This document shows, piece after piece, positions 18,352 to 26,136 of a DNA stretch of 35,571 bases. Each line of letters begins with the position of its first letter. Position 1 is the stretch's first letter. The position numbers and the translations under genes are program-made. Under the pieces are notes generated by a model. It ran no database searches and was not told the origin of the DNA. It saw only the letters and a list, made by a program, of their open reading frames with translations. The stretch comes from Solirubrobacterales bacterium. GTDB taxonomy: Bacteria; Actinomycetota; Thermoleophilia; Solirubrobacterales; Solirubrobacteraceae. The stretch lies in contig JBBSQG010000001.1 in the NCBI GenBank assembly GCA_038258125.1, positions 1-35,571 of the forward strand, in the 5' to 3' direction.

Positions 18352-20373
18352 CTACGCCACGCGCCGCGTCGGCAGCTCGACCACCTGGCCCTCGCCGTGC
18401 GGCGGGCGCCAGGCACGCCAGATGTCGCGCATGCACCAGGCATCGAGCGCCAGCAGCGCGGCGATCACGCCGAACACGCCGATGAGCAGCAGCCCGCGCA
18501 GGATGAACGAGCCGCCGCCCGACAGCTCGGCGCGGGCGACCGCGGCGGGGTCGTCGCGGTACAGCGGCGTCGCCTCGAAGGCCGCCTTGGCGACGTCGAA
18601 GGCCGGCTTGATCTTGCCGTCGTAGGAGATCAGCCCCTTGTGGTGAATCGAGCCCCGCTGCTCGGGGTGTGCGCCGCCGTCCCAGTTGGGCTTGACGGCG
18701 AACTCTCGCGCGGTCCAGTAGATCGCCCCGCCCATGAAGCCCAGGCGGTCGACGATGTCCAGGTTGCGCTTGAGGTACTGCGTCTGAAAGGCGTAGGTCT
18801 GCTTGACGTCGGCGGGGCCCGGCTCGGTCGCCTCAGCACCGAACTCGGTCACCACGAGCGCCTTGCCCGGGTACTTGTCGTGCATCGCGCGCAGGTAGGG
18901 CTCGAGGTCGGCCTGGTTGGCCGTCGAGCGCCCCGCCTTGCCCTCATACCAGCCGTAGTAGCTGTTGATGCCGAGCGCGTCGAATGCCTCGTAGGTCTTC
19001 TGGCGCGGGATGTTCGGGTAGGAGAGGATGTCGATCGAGACCGGCAGCGTGGGGTCCAGGTCACGCGCCAGCTCGGCGGCGTTCTGCATCCACACCTGCG
19101 ACTCGCGCACCTTGTCGGGCTCCCAGGTCAGCTCGTTGGCGACGGAGTGCGTGACGACCGACGGGTGGTTGCGCGCCGCGAGGATCGTGTTGCGCACGAC
19201 GTCGAGCTCGCGCGAGCGCTGCTCCGGCGTGCGCAGCTGAACGTCACGGTGATAGACGGGCGCCTGGCTCCAGACGAGGATGCCCTCCTTGTCGAAGCGG
19301 TCGAGCAGGCGCGGGTCGAGCAGGTAGTGGGCCCGCGTGACGTTCGCCCCGAGCGCCTTGAGCTCCTCGACGGTGTTGTCGACGTCGGCGTCGGTCATCG
19401 CCGGTCCGCGTCCGGGGACGTCCTCTTGGATCGAGGCGCCCTTGAGCTCCAGCACGCGGTCGTTGAGGCGCAGCATGCCGTCGCTGATATCGACGGTGCG
19501 CAGGCCGACGCGACGCCGATCGAGTTGCACGGGCTTGCCACGCGAGCTCGTGGCCACCGTGGCGGCGTAGAGCTCAGGGTGCTCCGGGGACCACAGCTTC
19601 GGCTTGCCCTTGACCGGGATCCTGAAGCGCACGCGCATTCGCTCGCCGCGTCGCAGGGCGCGCGTCACCTTGCTGCCCGCTGAGACGGTGCCGTCGGGCG
19701 CCTGTAGCCGCACGGCGACGGACGGCTCCTGGACGATCGCGGAGTGGTTCTGCAGCCAGCCGTCGACGAGCACGCTCCACTCGCAACTCGACTTCAGGCA
19801 CACGCGCTGGGGCAGCAGGCCGGCGTCATGCAGGACGACGCCGCCGCGCGCGACGAGCGAGATCTGGCGCGTGATCCCGCCCCAGTTCCACCAGCCCTCG
19901 CGCAGCCCGGGGGTGCGGCGGTAGTCGACGCGCACGACGAGCGTGTTCGGCGCGCCGGGGCGCAGGCCAGGCGCGCGCAGCTCGAACGGCGTGTACGGGT
20001 CGTGGTGGACGCCCAGCTCGCGCCCGTTGAGCCAGACGCGGGCGATCCGCCGCACCTGCTCGAAGCGCACCGCCCAGCCGACCCCGTCGGGCGCCTGCGG
20101 GCCGGTGAACGTCAGCCGGTACCAGGCGATCGAGCCGCGGAAGAGCTCCTTCGTCGGGCTGGCGTCCGGCACGTGGGGAATCGTGACCGGCTCCCAGCCG
20201 ATCCCGCGCTGGCCGCTCTGCCAGTTGTCGGTCACGCCGAGATCGGTCGCGTCGCGCGCGAACTGCCAGCCCTGCGCGAGCATGACCGGTCCGGGCGGGT
20301 CGGCGGCTGACGCAACGTGGGGCAGCACGAGCGCGAGCGCGACGGCCACCGCGAGGGCGGAGAGGAGGCGCAC
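18352..20373 (-). CDS. Glycoside hydrolase family 2 protein with an N-terminal signal peptide and a C-terminal TM anchor
   Basis: Signal LSALAVAVALALVLPHVASA. GH2 sugar-binding block WYRLTF...VWLNGRELG. TIM-barrel blocks LELKGASIQED, NHPSVVTHSVANE (acid/base) and VTEFGAEA (nucleophile). C-terminal hydrophobic helix LLLIGVFGVIAALLALDAW followed by a basic tail. Confidence 0.85.
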   Translation of the reverse strand: MRLLSALAVAVALALVLPHVASAADPPGPVMLAQGWQFARDATDLGVTDNWQSGQRGIGWEPVTIPHVPDASPTKELFRGSIAWYRLTFTGPQAPDGVGWAVRFEQVRRIARVWLNGRELGVHHDPYTPFELRAPGLRPGAPNTLVVRVDYRRTPGLREGWWNWGGITRQISLVARGGVVLHDAGLLPQRVCLKSSCEWSVLVDGWLQNHSAIVQEPSVAVRLQAPDGTVSAGSKVTRALRRGERMRVRFRIPVKGKPKLWSPEHPELYAATVATSSRGKPVQLDRRRVGLRTVDISDGMLRLNDRVLELKGASIQEDVPGRGPAMTDADVDNTVEELKALGANVTRAHYLLDPRLLDRFDKEGILVWSQAPVYHRDVQLRTPEQRSRELDVVRNTILAARNHPSVVTHSVANELTWEPDKVRESQVWMQNAAELARDLDPTLPVSIDILSYPNIPRQKTYEAFDALGINSYYGWYEGKAGRSTANQADLEPYLRAMHDKYPGKALVVTEFGAEATEPGPADVKQTYAFQTQYLKRNLDIVDRLGFMGGAIYWTAREFAVKPNWDGGAHPEQRGSIHHKGLISYDGKIKPAFDVAKAAFEATPLYRDDPAAVARAELSGGGSFILRGLLLIGVFGVIAALLALDAWCMRDIWRAWRPPHGEGQVVELPTRRVA

Positions 20374-20431
20374 TGCGTCGACATGATGCCCGAATCGGCG
20401 GGCGAAGCGCGCGCTTACCCGGCAGCGGCGC

Positions 20432-21301
20432 TCAGCCGGCCGACGGCTCTGCGAGTCGCTCGGCGAGCCGGTTCATCCCGCGCGCACGTGCTGCGGCGGC
20501 GGCCGCCGGGCGATCCAGCCGCGCGTCGGCCGGCCGCTGAAGCTCGACGCGGCGCAGCGTGGCGATGTCCTTGAACGCCCGCAGCGCGTCCGGGTCGCCG
20601 GTCAGCGCCCCCGCCTGGCGCGGGGTCATCGCCCCCGGCTTGGCCGCCGCCGCGATGACGCCGTCGAGCGTGCCGTGGGCGCGCAGCAGATCGCGGGCGG
20701 TCTTCGCGCCGATTCCCTTCGCGCCCGGCAGCCCGTCGGATGGGTCACCGCGCAGCGCGATGAAGTCGGGCACCTGCTCAGGCTCGATGCCGTAGCGCTC
20801 GCGCACGCCGTCGGGGTCGACGACCTCGGGCCCGTCCTTGCCGCCGCGCGGGAACAGCACGGTGACCTGCTCGCCGACGCACTGGAACATGTCGCGATCG
20901 CCGGTGAACAGCAGCACCTCGCCGCCGGCGGCCACCTCGAGCTTGGCCAGCGAGCCGAGCACGTCGTCGGCCTCCCGTTAGGCGACCGCCTCGCTGCGCC
21001 AGCCGAAGGCGGCGAAGAAGCCCGGCGCGTCGCGCCACTGGCGCTCGAGCTCGTCGGGCATCGGCGGGCGGTCGGCGTGGTAGGCCGGGAAGGCGTCGGT
21101 GCGGTAGTCGGCCGCCTCGGCGCCCCAGCAGAGCACGACGGCGCGCGGCGCGTAGCGCTCGATCGTGAAGAGGATGAGGTTCGCCGTGCCGAGCAGCGCG
21201 TTGACGGCGCGGCCGTCGTCGTCGGTGATCGACTTGGGCAGCGCGAAGAACGCGCGGTACATGAGCGACGGGGTGTCGACGGCGAGCAGCGGGGCGGGCA
21301 T
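20432..21301 (-). pseudogene. 5'-3' exonuclease (Pol I N-terminal / FEN-like) interrupted by an in-frame TAA at 20978-20980
   Basis: The two track ORFs (20978..21322 and 20432..20962) are in the same frame and separated only by the TAA. The joined reading is ...FGWRSEAVA*READDVLGSLAKL...FTGDRDMFQ...IALRGDPSDGLPGAKGIGAKTA..., i.e. PIN-like and H3TH motifs of one gene. Start at ATG 21301 (MPAPLLAVDTPSLMYRAFFALP). Confidence 0.8.
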
Positions 21302-21454
21302 GGCTGCAAGCCTACGACGCAAGGTTTGGCGGGCGAACGCCCCCTAGGTCGGCACGCTCGTTGACAACTCCGATCACGACTGCCCGTGCATCGACTGGGA
21401 GCGCTTCGGGCGGCCGCCGCCGCCCGCGGCCGGGTCGCGCCTAGACTCCGGCGG

Positions 21455-21913
21455 ATGATCACGATCACCGGTTTGGAGGAGATGCGCGCGCAGGTCGGCG
21501 CGGATCTCGGCGTCAGCGACTGGCACGCGGTCACGCAGGCCGAGGTCGACGCCTTCGCGCAGGTCTCCGGCGACCACCAGTGGATCCACACCGATCCCGA
21601 GCGCGCCACGCAGACGCCGTTCGGCGGCACGATCGCCCACGGCTACTACACGCTCTCGCTGCACCCGATGTTCGCCGCCCAGATCCTGAAGTTCGAGGGC
21701 TTTGCCTTCGCCGTCAACTACGGCCTGAACAAGGTCCGCTTCCCCGCCCCGTTGCCGGTCGGCAACCGTGTTCGCATGCGCGCCGCGCTCGCCGGCGTCG
21801 AGGACGTGCTCGGCGGCGCGCAGATCACGATGAAGCTGACGTTCGAGGGCGAGGGCGCGCTGAAGCCCGTCTGCGTCGCCGAGCAGCTGACGCGGGTGTA
21901 CACCGGCTCCTAG
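21455..21913 (+). CDS. MaoC-like (R)-specific enoyl-CoA hydratase / hot-dog fold dehydratase
   Basis: VSGDHQWIHTDPERA...FGGTIAHGYYTLSL is the MaoC dehydratase motif. I place the start at ATG 21455 (MITITGLEE). TAGACT lies 7 nt upstream. Confidence 0.85.
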   Translation: MITITGLEEMRAQVGADLGVSDWHAVTQAEVDAFAQVSGDHQWIHTDPERATQTPFGGTIAHGYYTLSLHPMFAAQILKFEGFAFAVNYGLNKVRFPAPLPVGNRVRMRAALAGVEDVLGGAQITMKLTFEGEGALKPVCVAEQLTRVYTGS

Positions 21914-21944
21914 AGGACCCCCTTGATCGTCGTGGCGGTCCGCT

Positions 21945-23426
21945 TCAGCGCAGGCGCACGCTCGGCCCGGCCGCGCCGTCGTAGACGACGCGGTACAGGC
22001 CCGGCCGCGCCAGCCGCGCGCCGTAGCGCCCGCCGCGCCCGACCGGCGCCTCGAACAGCGCGACCCAGCGCTTGCCCAGCCGCCGCTGCACGGTCACCCA
22101 GCTGCGCCCGGGGCTTGCCGGGTCGACCCGCCCGCGCAGCGTGCCGGCCGCCGGCGGCGCGGCCGCCGCGCCGCCGATCGACGCCGCCCGTGCGACGGAC
22201 GGCGCGACGCCGCCGGTCGGGTTGGCGGGCGTTGCGGGCGGCGTCTTGGACGGGAGCTTGGGCGTGTTGCCGTCGCCGCGCTTGGCCGTCGCGGTGATCA
22301 CCGTGAAGCGTGCCCAGGTGTCGTAGAGATTGAGCTTGCGGCGCAGCGTGGGACCGCTGACGTTCGACTTCCCGCGGGTCCCGACGACCTGCGCTCGCAC
22401 GACACGCGGTGACGTGCCGCGCCGGGTCACGCGGATCCGCGTCAACGAGCCCTTGACGAGCTCGCCCAGCCGCCGCTGCGCCGAGCCCAGCGACATCCGC
22501 CGCGACCAGCGGTGGCGCGGCGAGGCGTCGTCGTAGGGGTCGTCGACGGACACGAGGTAGGGCTCGGGCTTCGCGCCGAGGAAGACGTTCTCGATGTTCT
22601 CGGTCTGGCCGCCTGAGGTCGAGAAGTAGTACGTGACGATCGGCTTGCCCTTGTACGCGACGATCTCGCCGGCCGTCGCGGCGACCGCCGCGTTGGTCGG
22701 GGCCGTCTCGCCGGAGATCCCGTTGTAGACCTGCGAGCGCGTGTCGGCGTACTGGTCGAAGCCGTCGCCGTCCTTCGACGTCGCCAGTGCGTACGTGCGA
22801 GCGGCCACGGCCTGAGCGCGCAGCGCCTCCTGCGGCCAGCCGGACGGCATCTCGCCGGCCACGACGCCGCGGATGTAGTCCTCGATGTCCAGCGCGTTGA
22901 TCGCCGAGACGCCGCCGAGCGACGACGCGCGCACCTCGAGGTTGCCGCGAAAGCGCCCGTCAACGGCGGCGTTGGCGCTGTTGCCCAGTAGCCGGAAGCC
23001 GCCCCGGGTGCCGCTGATCACGAGCGGCGACTTGTAGCTGCCGATGCTGCGCCCCGTCGAGCTGCGCAGGGCGATCACGCCGCTCAGTCCGCGCGTGGCG
23101 ACGTACTTCTGCTTCGGATCGAGCTTGCGGCTGCCGGCGACGCTGGCCGCGTTGCGAAACACCACCCGGCTTGCGCTCTTCAGCAGCACCCGCACCTCGC
23201 TCGCGCCGTCGAGCTTGGCCAGCTGCGTGCCCGAGTAGTAGTGGCCGAGGATCGCGGCGTGGTCGGCGCCCTTCTCGGCGAACCCGAACGCGCCGTACTG
23301 GCTCATGCCGATGCCGTGCCCGAAGCCGGCGCCGCTCACGACGAGCCGCGACGCGCCCAGCGCCGGCGGGGTCGCGACGGCCGCCAGCAGTGCCAGCAGC
23401 GCGGTCAGGAGGACGGTTGGTCTCAT
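21945..23426 (-). CDS. SpoIID/LytB-domain secreted protein (peptidoglycan lytic transglycosylase / amidase-enhancer type)
   Basis: Signal LLTALLALLAAVATPPALGA. SpoIID blocks YIRGVVAGEMPSGWPQEALRAQAVAARTYAL and YFSTSGGQTEN. The C-terminal extension is beta-rich. Confidence 0.85.
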   Translation of the reverse strand: MRPTVLLTALLALLAAVATPPALGASRLVVSGAGFGHGIGMSQYGAFGFAEKGADHAAILGHYYSGTQLAKLDGASEVRVLLKSASRVVFRNAASVAGSRKLDPKQKYVATRGLSGVIALRSSTGRSIGSYKSPLVISGTRGGFRLLGNSANAAVDGRFRGNLEVRASSLGGVSAINALDIEDYIRGVVAGEMPSGWPQEALRAQAVAARTYALATSKDGDGFDQYADTRSQVYNGISGETAPTNAAVAATAGEIVAYKGKPIVTYYFSTSGGQTENIENVFLGAKPEPYLVSVDDPYDDASPRHRWSRRMSLGSAQRRLGELVKGSLTRIRVTRRGTSPRVVRAQVVGTRGKSNVSGPTLRRKLNLYDTWARFTVITATAKRGDGNTPKLPSKTPPATPANPTGGVAPSVARAASIGGAAAAPPAAGTLRGRVDPASPGRSWVTVQRRLGKRWVALFEAPVGRGGRYGARLARPGLYRVVYDGAAGPSVRLR

Positions 23427-23613
23427 CAGTGGTGCTTACACAGGCACGCGGCTTGAGTTGCGCGGGTTGGACTCGCGGGTAGATCGCATGCCGTGCGCCA
23501 CTCCCACGCTAACGGTCGCGGCGGAGGACCATGACCGGTTCGCGGGCAAGGGCGTCGTCCGCGCGAGCGCCGTGTCCGGTCGCCGCGACGTTCGTTGGCC
23601 CGGGCGCGTCGGA

Positions 23614-23739
23614 ATGCGCCGACGGCACGCGCTCGACCTCGACCTCGACGTACCCTCGGTGATCGTGCTGCCGATCGACTACTCGGTCGACATCGCGATC
23701 TCGGCGCAGCTGGGAGAGGAGAGGGTGACCCGCACATGA
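23614..23739 (+). CDS. Possible small upstream ORF (41 aa from ATG 23614; up to 83 aa from ATG 23488) overlapping the gabD start
   Basis: This frame has strikingly high GC3 (ctc gac ctc gac ctc gac gta ccc tcg gtg atc gtg ctg ccg atc gac tac tcg gtc gac atc gcg...). The gabD frame over the same nucleotides does not. Its TGA (23737-23739) overlaps the gabD ATG (ATGA). No SD and no family recognised. Confidence 0.3.
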   Translation: MRRRHALDLDLDVPSVIVLPIDYSVDIAISAQLGEERVTRT

Positions 23740-25220
23740 GCACGACGATCAACGGCGCGGCGCACGAGCAGGCGGTGCTGGACGCGGTGCCCAAGCAGCT
23801 GTACATCGGCGGCCGCTGGCGTGACGGGGCCGGCGGCGAGACGATCGCCGTCGAGGACCCGGCGACCGGCGCGACGATCGCCCGGGTCGCCGACGCGACG
23901 GTGCAGGACGCGCTCGACGCGCTCGGCGCCGCCGACGACGCCTGGACCGGCGACTGGCGCGACAGCGCCCCGCGCGAGCGCTCGGACATCCTGCGCCGCG
24001 CCTACGAGCTGATCACGCAGCGCAGCGAAGACCTCGCCCTGCTCATGACCCTGGAGATGGGCAAGCCGCTTGCCGAGTCCGTTGCCGAGGTCGCCTACGG
24101 CGCGAGCTTCCTGCGCTGGTACGCCGAGCAGGCGGTGCGCACGGACGGCCGCTTCACGACGCACGAGGCCGGCACGGGGCGGCTGCTGACGATGCGCCGG
24201 CCCGTCGGGCCGTGCGTGCTCATCACGCCCTGGAACTTCCCGCTGGCGATGGGCACGCGCAAGATCGGGCCGGCGATCGCGGCGGGCTGCACGATGGTCG
24301 TCAAGCCGGCCAAGCTGACCCCGCTGTCGATGCTCATGCTCGCGCGGATCCTCGAAGAGGCGGGGCTGCCGGCGGGCGTGCTGAACGTCATCACCGCGCG
24401 CTCCAGCGGCGCGGTGATGGAGCCGCTGATCCGCGACCCCCGCACGCGCAAGCTGTCATTCACCGGCTCGACCGAGGTCGGCCGCAGGCTCATCGAGCAG
24501 TCCGCCGAGCAGGTTCTGCGCGTGTCGATGGAGCTCGGCGGCAACGCGCCGTTCGTCGTCTTCGACGATGCCGACCTCGACGACGCGGTCAGCGGCGCGG
24601 TCGTGGCGAAGATGCGCAACATCGGCGAGGCCTGCACCGCCGCCAACCGCTTCCACGTCGCCGCCCCGCTCGCGGCGCAGTTCGCCGAGCAACTCGCCGG
24701 CAGGCTTGACGCGATGAAGATCGGGCGCGGCACCGAGGAGGGCGTCGAGGTGGGGCCCCTGATCGACGAGGACCAGCTGAGCAAGGTTGCCGAGCTCGTC
24801 GACGACGCAGTGCGCAAGGGCGCGCGCGTGCTGTGCGGCGGCGAGCGCGTCGACGGGCCCGGACACTTCTACAAGCCGACCGTGCTCGCCGACGTGCCCG
24901 ACGACGCGCGCCTGCTCAAGGAGGAGATCTTCGGCCCGGTCGCGCCGGTCAAGGCGTTCGCGTCCGAAGACGAGGCGATCGCGGCCGCCAACGACACGGA
25001 GCTCGGGCTCGTCGCGTACCTCTACACGGCCGACCTCAAGCGCGCGCTGCGCGTCAGCGAGCGCCTCGAGACCGGCATGGTCGGGCTCAACCAGGGGATG
25101 GTCTCCAACGCGGGCGCGCCGTTTGGCGGGATCAAGCAGTCGGGTGTCGGCCGCGAGGGCGGTCCGGAGGGCATCGAGGAGTACCTCGAGACGAAGTACG
25201 TGGCAATTGCCGCGGACTGA
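23736..25220 (+). CDS. gabD: NAD(P)-dependent succinate-semialdehyde dehydrogenase-like aldehyde dehydrogenase
   Basis: LYIGGRWRDG...IAVEDPATG, ITPWNFPLAM, FTGSTEVGR, MELGGNAPFVV, NIGEACTAANRFHV (catalytic Cys present), EEIFGPVAPV. GGGAGAGGAGAGGG lies upstream of ATG 23736. The subfamily assignment is an inference. Confidence 0.85.
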   Translation: MSTTINGAAHEQAVLDAVPKQLYIGGRWRDGAGGETIAVEDPATGATIARVADATVQDALDALGAADDAWTGDWRDSAPRERSDILRRAYELITQRSEDLALLMTLEMGKPLAESVAEVAYGASFLRWYAEQAVRTDGRFTTHEAGTGRLLTMRRPVGPCVLITPWNFPLAMGTRKIGPAIAAGCTMVVKPAKLTPLSMLMLARILEEAGLPAGVLNVITARSSGAVMEPLIRDPRTRKLSFTGSTEVGRRLIEQSAEQVLRVSMELGGNAPFVVFDDADLDDAVSGAVVAKMRNIGEACTAANRFHVAAPLAAQFAEQLAGRLDAMKIGRGTEEGVEVGPLIDEDQLSKVAELVDDAVRKGARVLCGGERVDGPGHFYKPTVLADVPDDARLLKEEIFGPVAPVKAFASEDEAIAAANDTELGLVAYLYTADLKRALRVSERLETGMVGLNQGMVSNAGAPFGGIKQSGVGREGGPEGIEEYLETKYVAIAAD

Positions 25221-25316
25221 CCCAATCCGGGTCGCCGGGTGGCGTGATGGCCGGTTGCGGGACATTCGGCGACTAGAAGTGGCGAACATGGGAACCCGTG
25301 GTTTGGAGGTTCGCCG

Positions 25317-25835
25317 ATGACTGGGCTCGCTACAGCACCCCGCGACGACGATGGCGCCGGAGACGGCGACCAGCGCAACGTCGTGTACCTGATCGTCGTC
25401 GGGCTCGTTGTGCTGCTCGTCGCGATGGCCACCGTCACGGCGACGACCCTGACCGGCCCCGATGCCACCGCCAGCGCCGAGCAGGCCCCAGCGAAGAAGC
25501 TGCACGAGCTGACCGTCTACTGGAAGGTCCACACGGGCGACTCCTATCGGTCGATCGCGGACAGGACAGGGCTGACCGTCGACGATCTCGAGCGCTTCAA
25601 CCCGTACGTCAACCCGGACACGATCCGGCCTGGGCAGCAGCTCAAGCTCCAGATCCGGATTCCTCGGAGCAAGCCCAGGTCACCCCGCCCGCGCGTCCAC
25701 ACGGTGCGCAGCGGCGACACCCTCGGGCCGATCGTCACGAAGACCCGCCACGGCCTGGGATGGTCGCAGGCGCTCAACCGCAAGCTCGACCCCGAGGCGC
25801 TGCAGCCGGGCGACCGGGTGCGCCTGCGTAAGTAG
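25317..25835 (+). CDS. Membrane-anchored protein with two LysM domains
   Basis: GGAGG lies 7 nt upstream of the ATG. TM helix VVYLIVVGLVVLLVAMATV. Two LysM-like units: YWKVHTGDSYRSIADRTGLTVDDLERFNP...IRPGQQLKL and HTVRSGDTLGPIV...LQPGDRVRL. Confidence 0.8.
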   Translation: MTGLATAPRDDDGAGDGDQRNVVYLIVVGLVVLLVAMATVTATTLTGPDATASAEQAPAKKLHELTVYWKVHTGDSYRSIADRTGLTVDDLERFNPYVNPDTIRPGQQLKLQIRIPRSKPRSPRPRVHTVRSGDTLGPIVTKTRHGLGWSQALNRKLDPEALQPGDRVRLRK

Positions 25836-26136
25836 CGCGGGGGCCCGAGACGGCCGGGCGGCCGGGCCCTGCGCCTCGCGCGCGGGGTTCCCCGCCTCGT
25901 CGCGTCGCCACCGCTGAGCTACTCGGGGTCGATCGCCGCCAGCCCGTCGATGCTGCTGCCAGTGCACGATGGCGCCCAGCCAACGGCGTGCGCAACGGCG
26001 CGGGACGGTACATTCTGGCGGGTCGTCGCGAAGCGAGCGGCACGGACGTCCGCGCCTGCTCGCGCCACCGAGCGCACAGCGGCCGCAGGATCTTGAGGTG
26101 AACGATGAACGGGGTCGGGTGACGAGGCAGGTGCGG

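Noticed and set aside
23427-23600. Possible c-di-AMP (ydaO-type) riboswitch in the SpoIID leader; the LysM leader was considered too
   Set aside because: Wall-hydrolase genes in actinobacteria often carry this riboswitch. The leader shows only vague resemblance (CCGCGAGUCCAACCCGCGCAACUCAAGCC) to the conserved 3' segment, and the LysM leader is too short. I cannot support it without a covariance-model search (RF00379).
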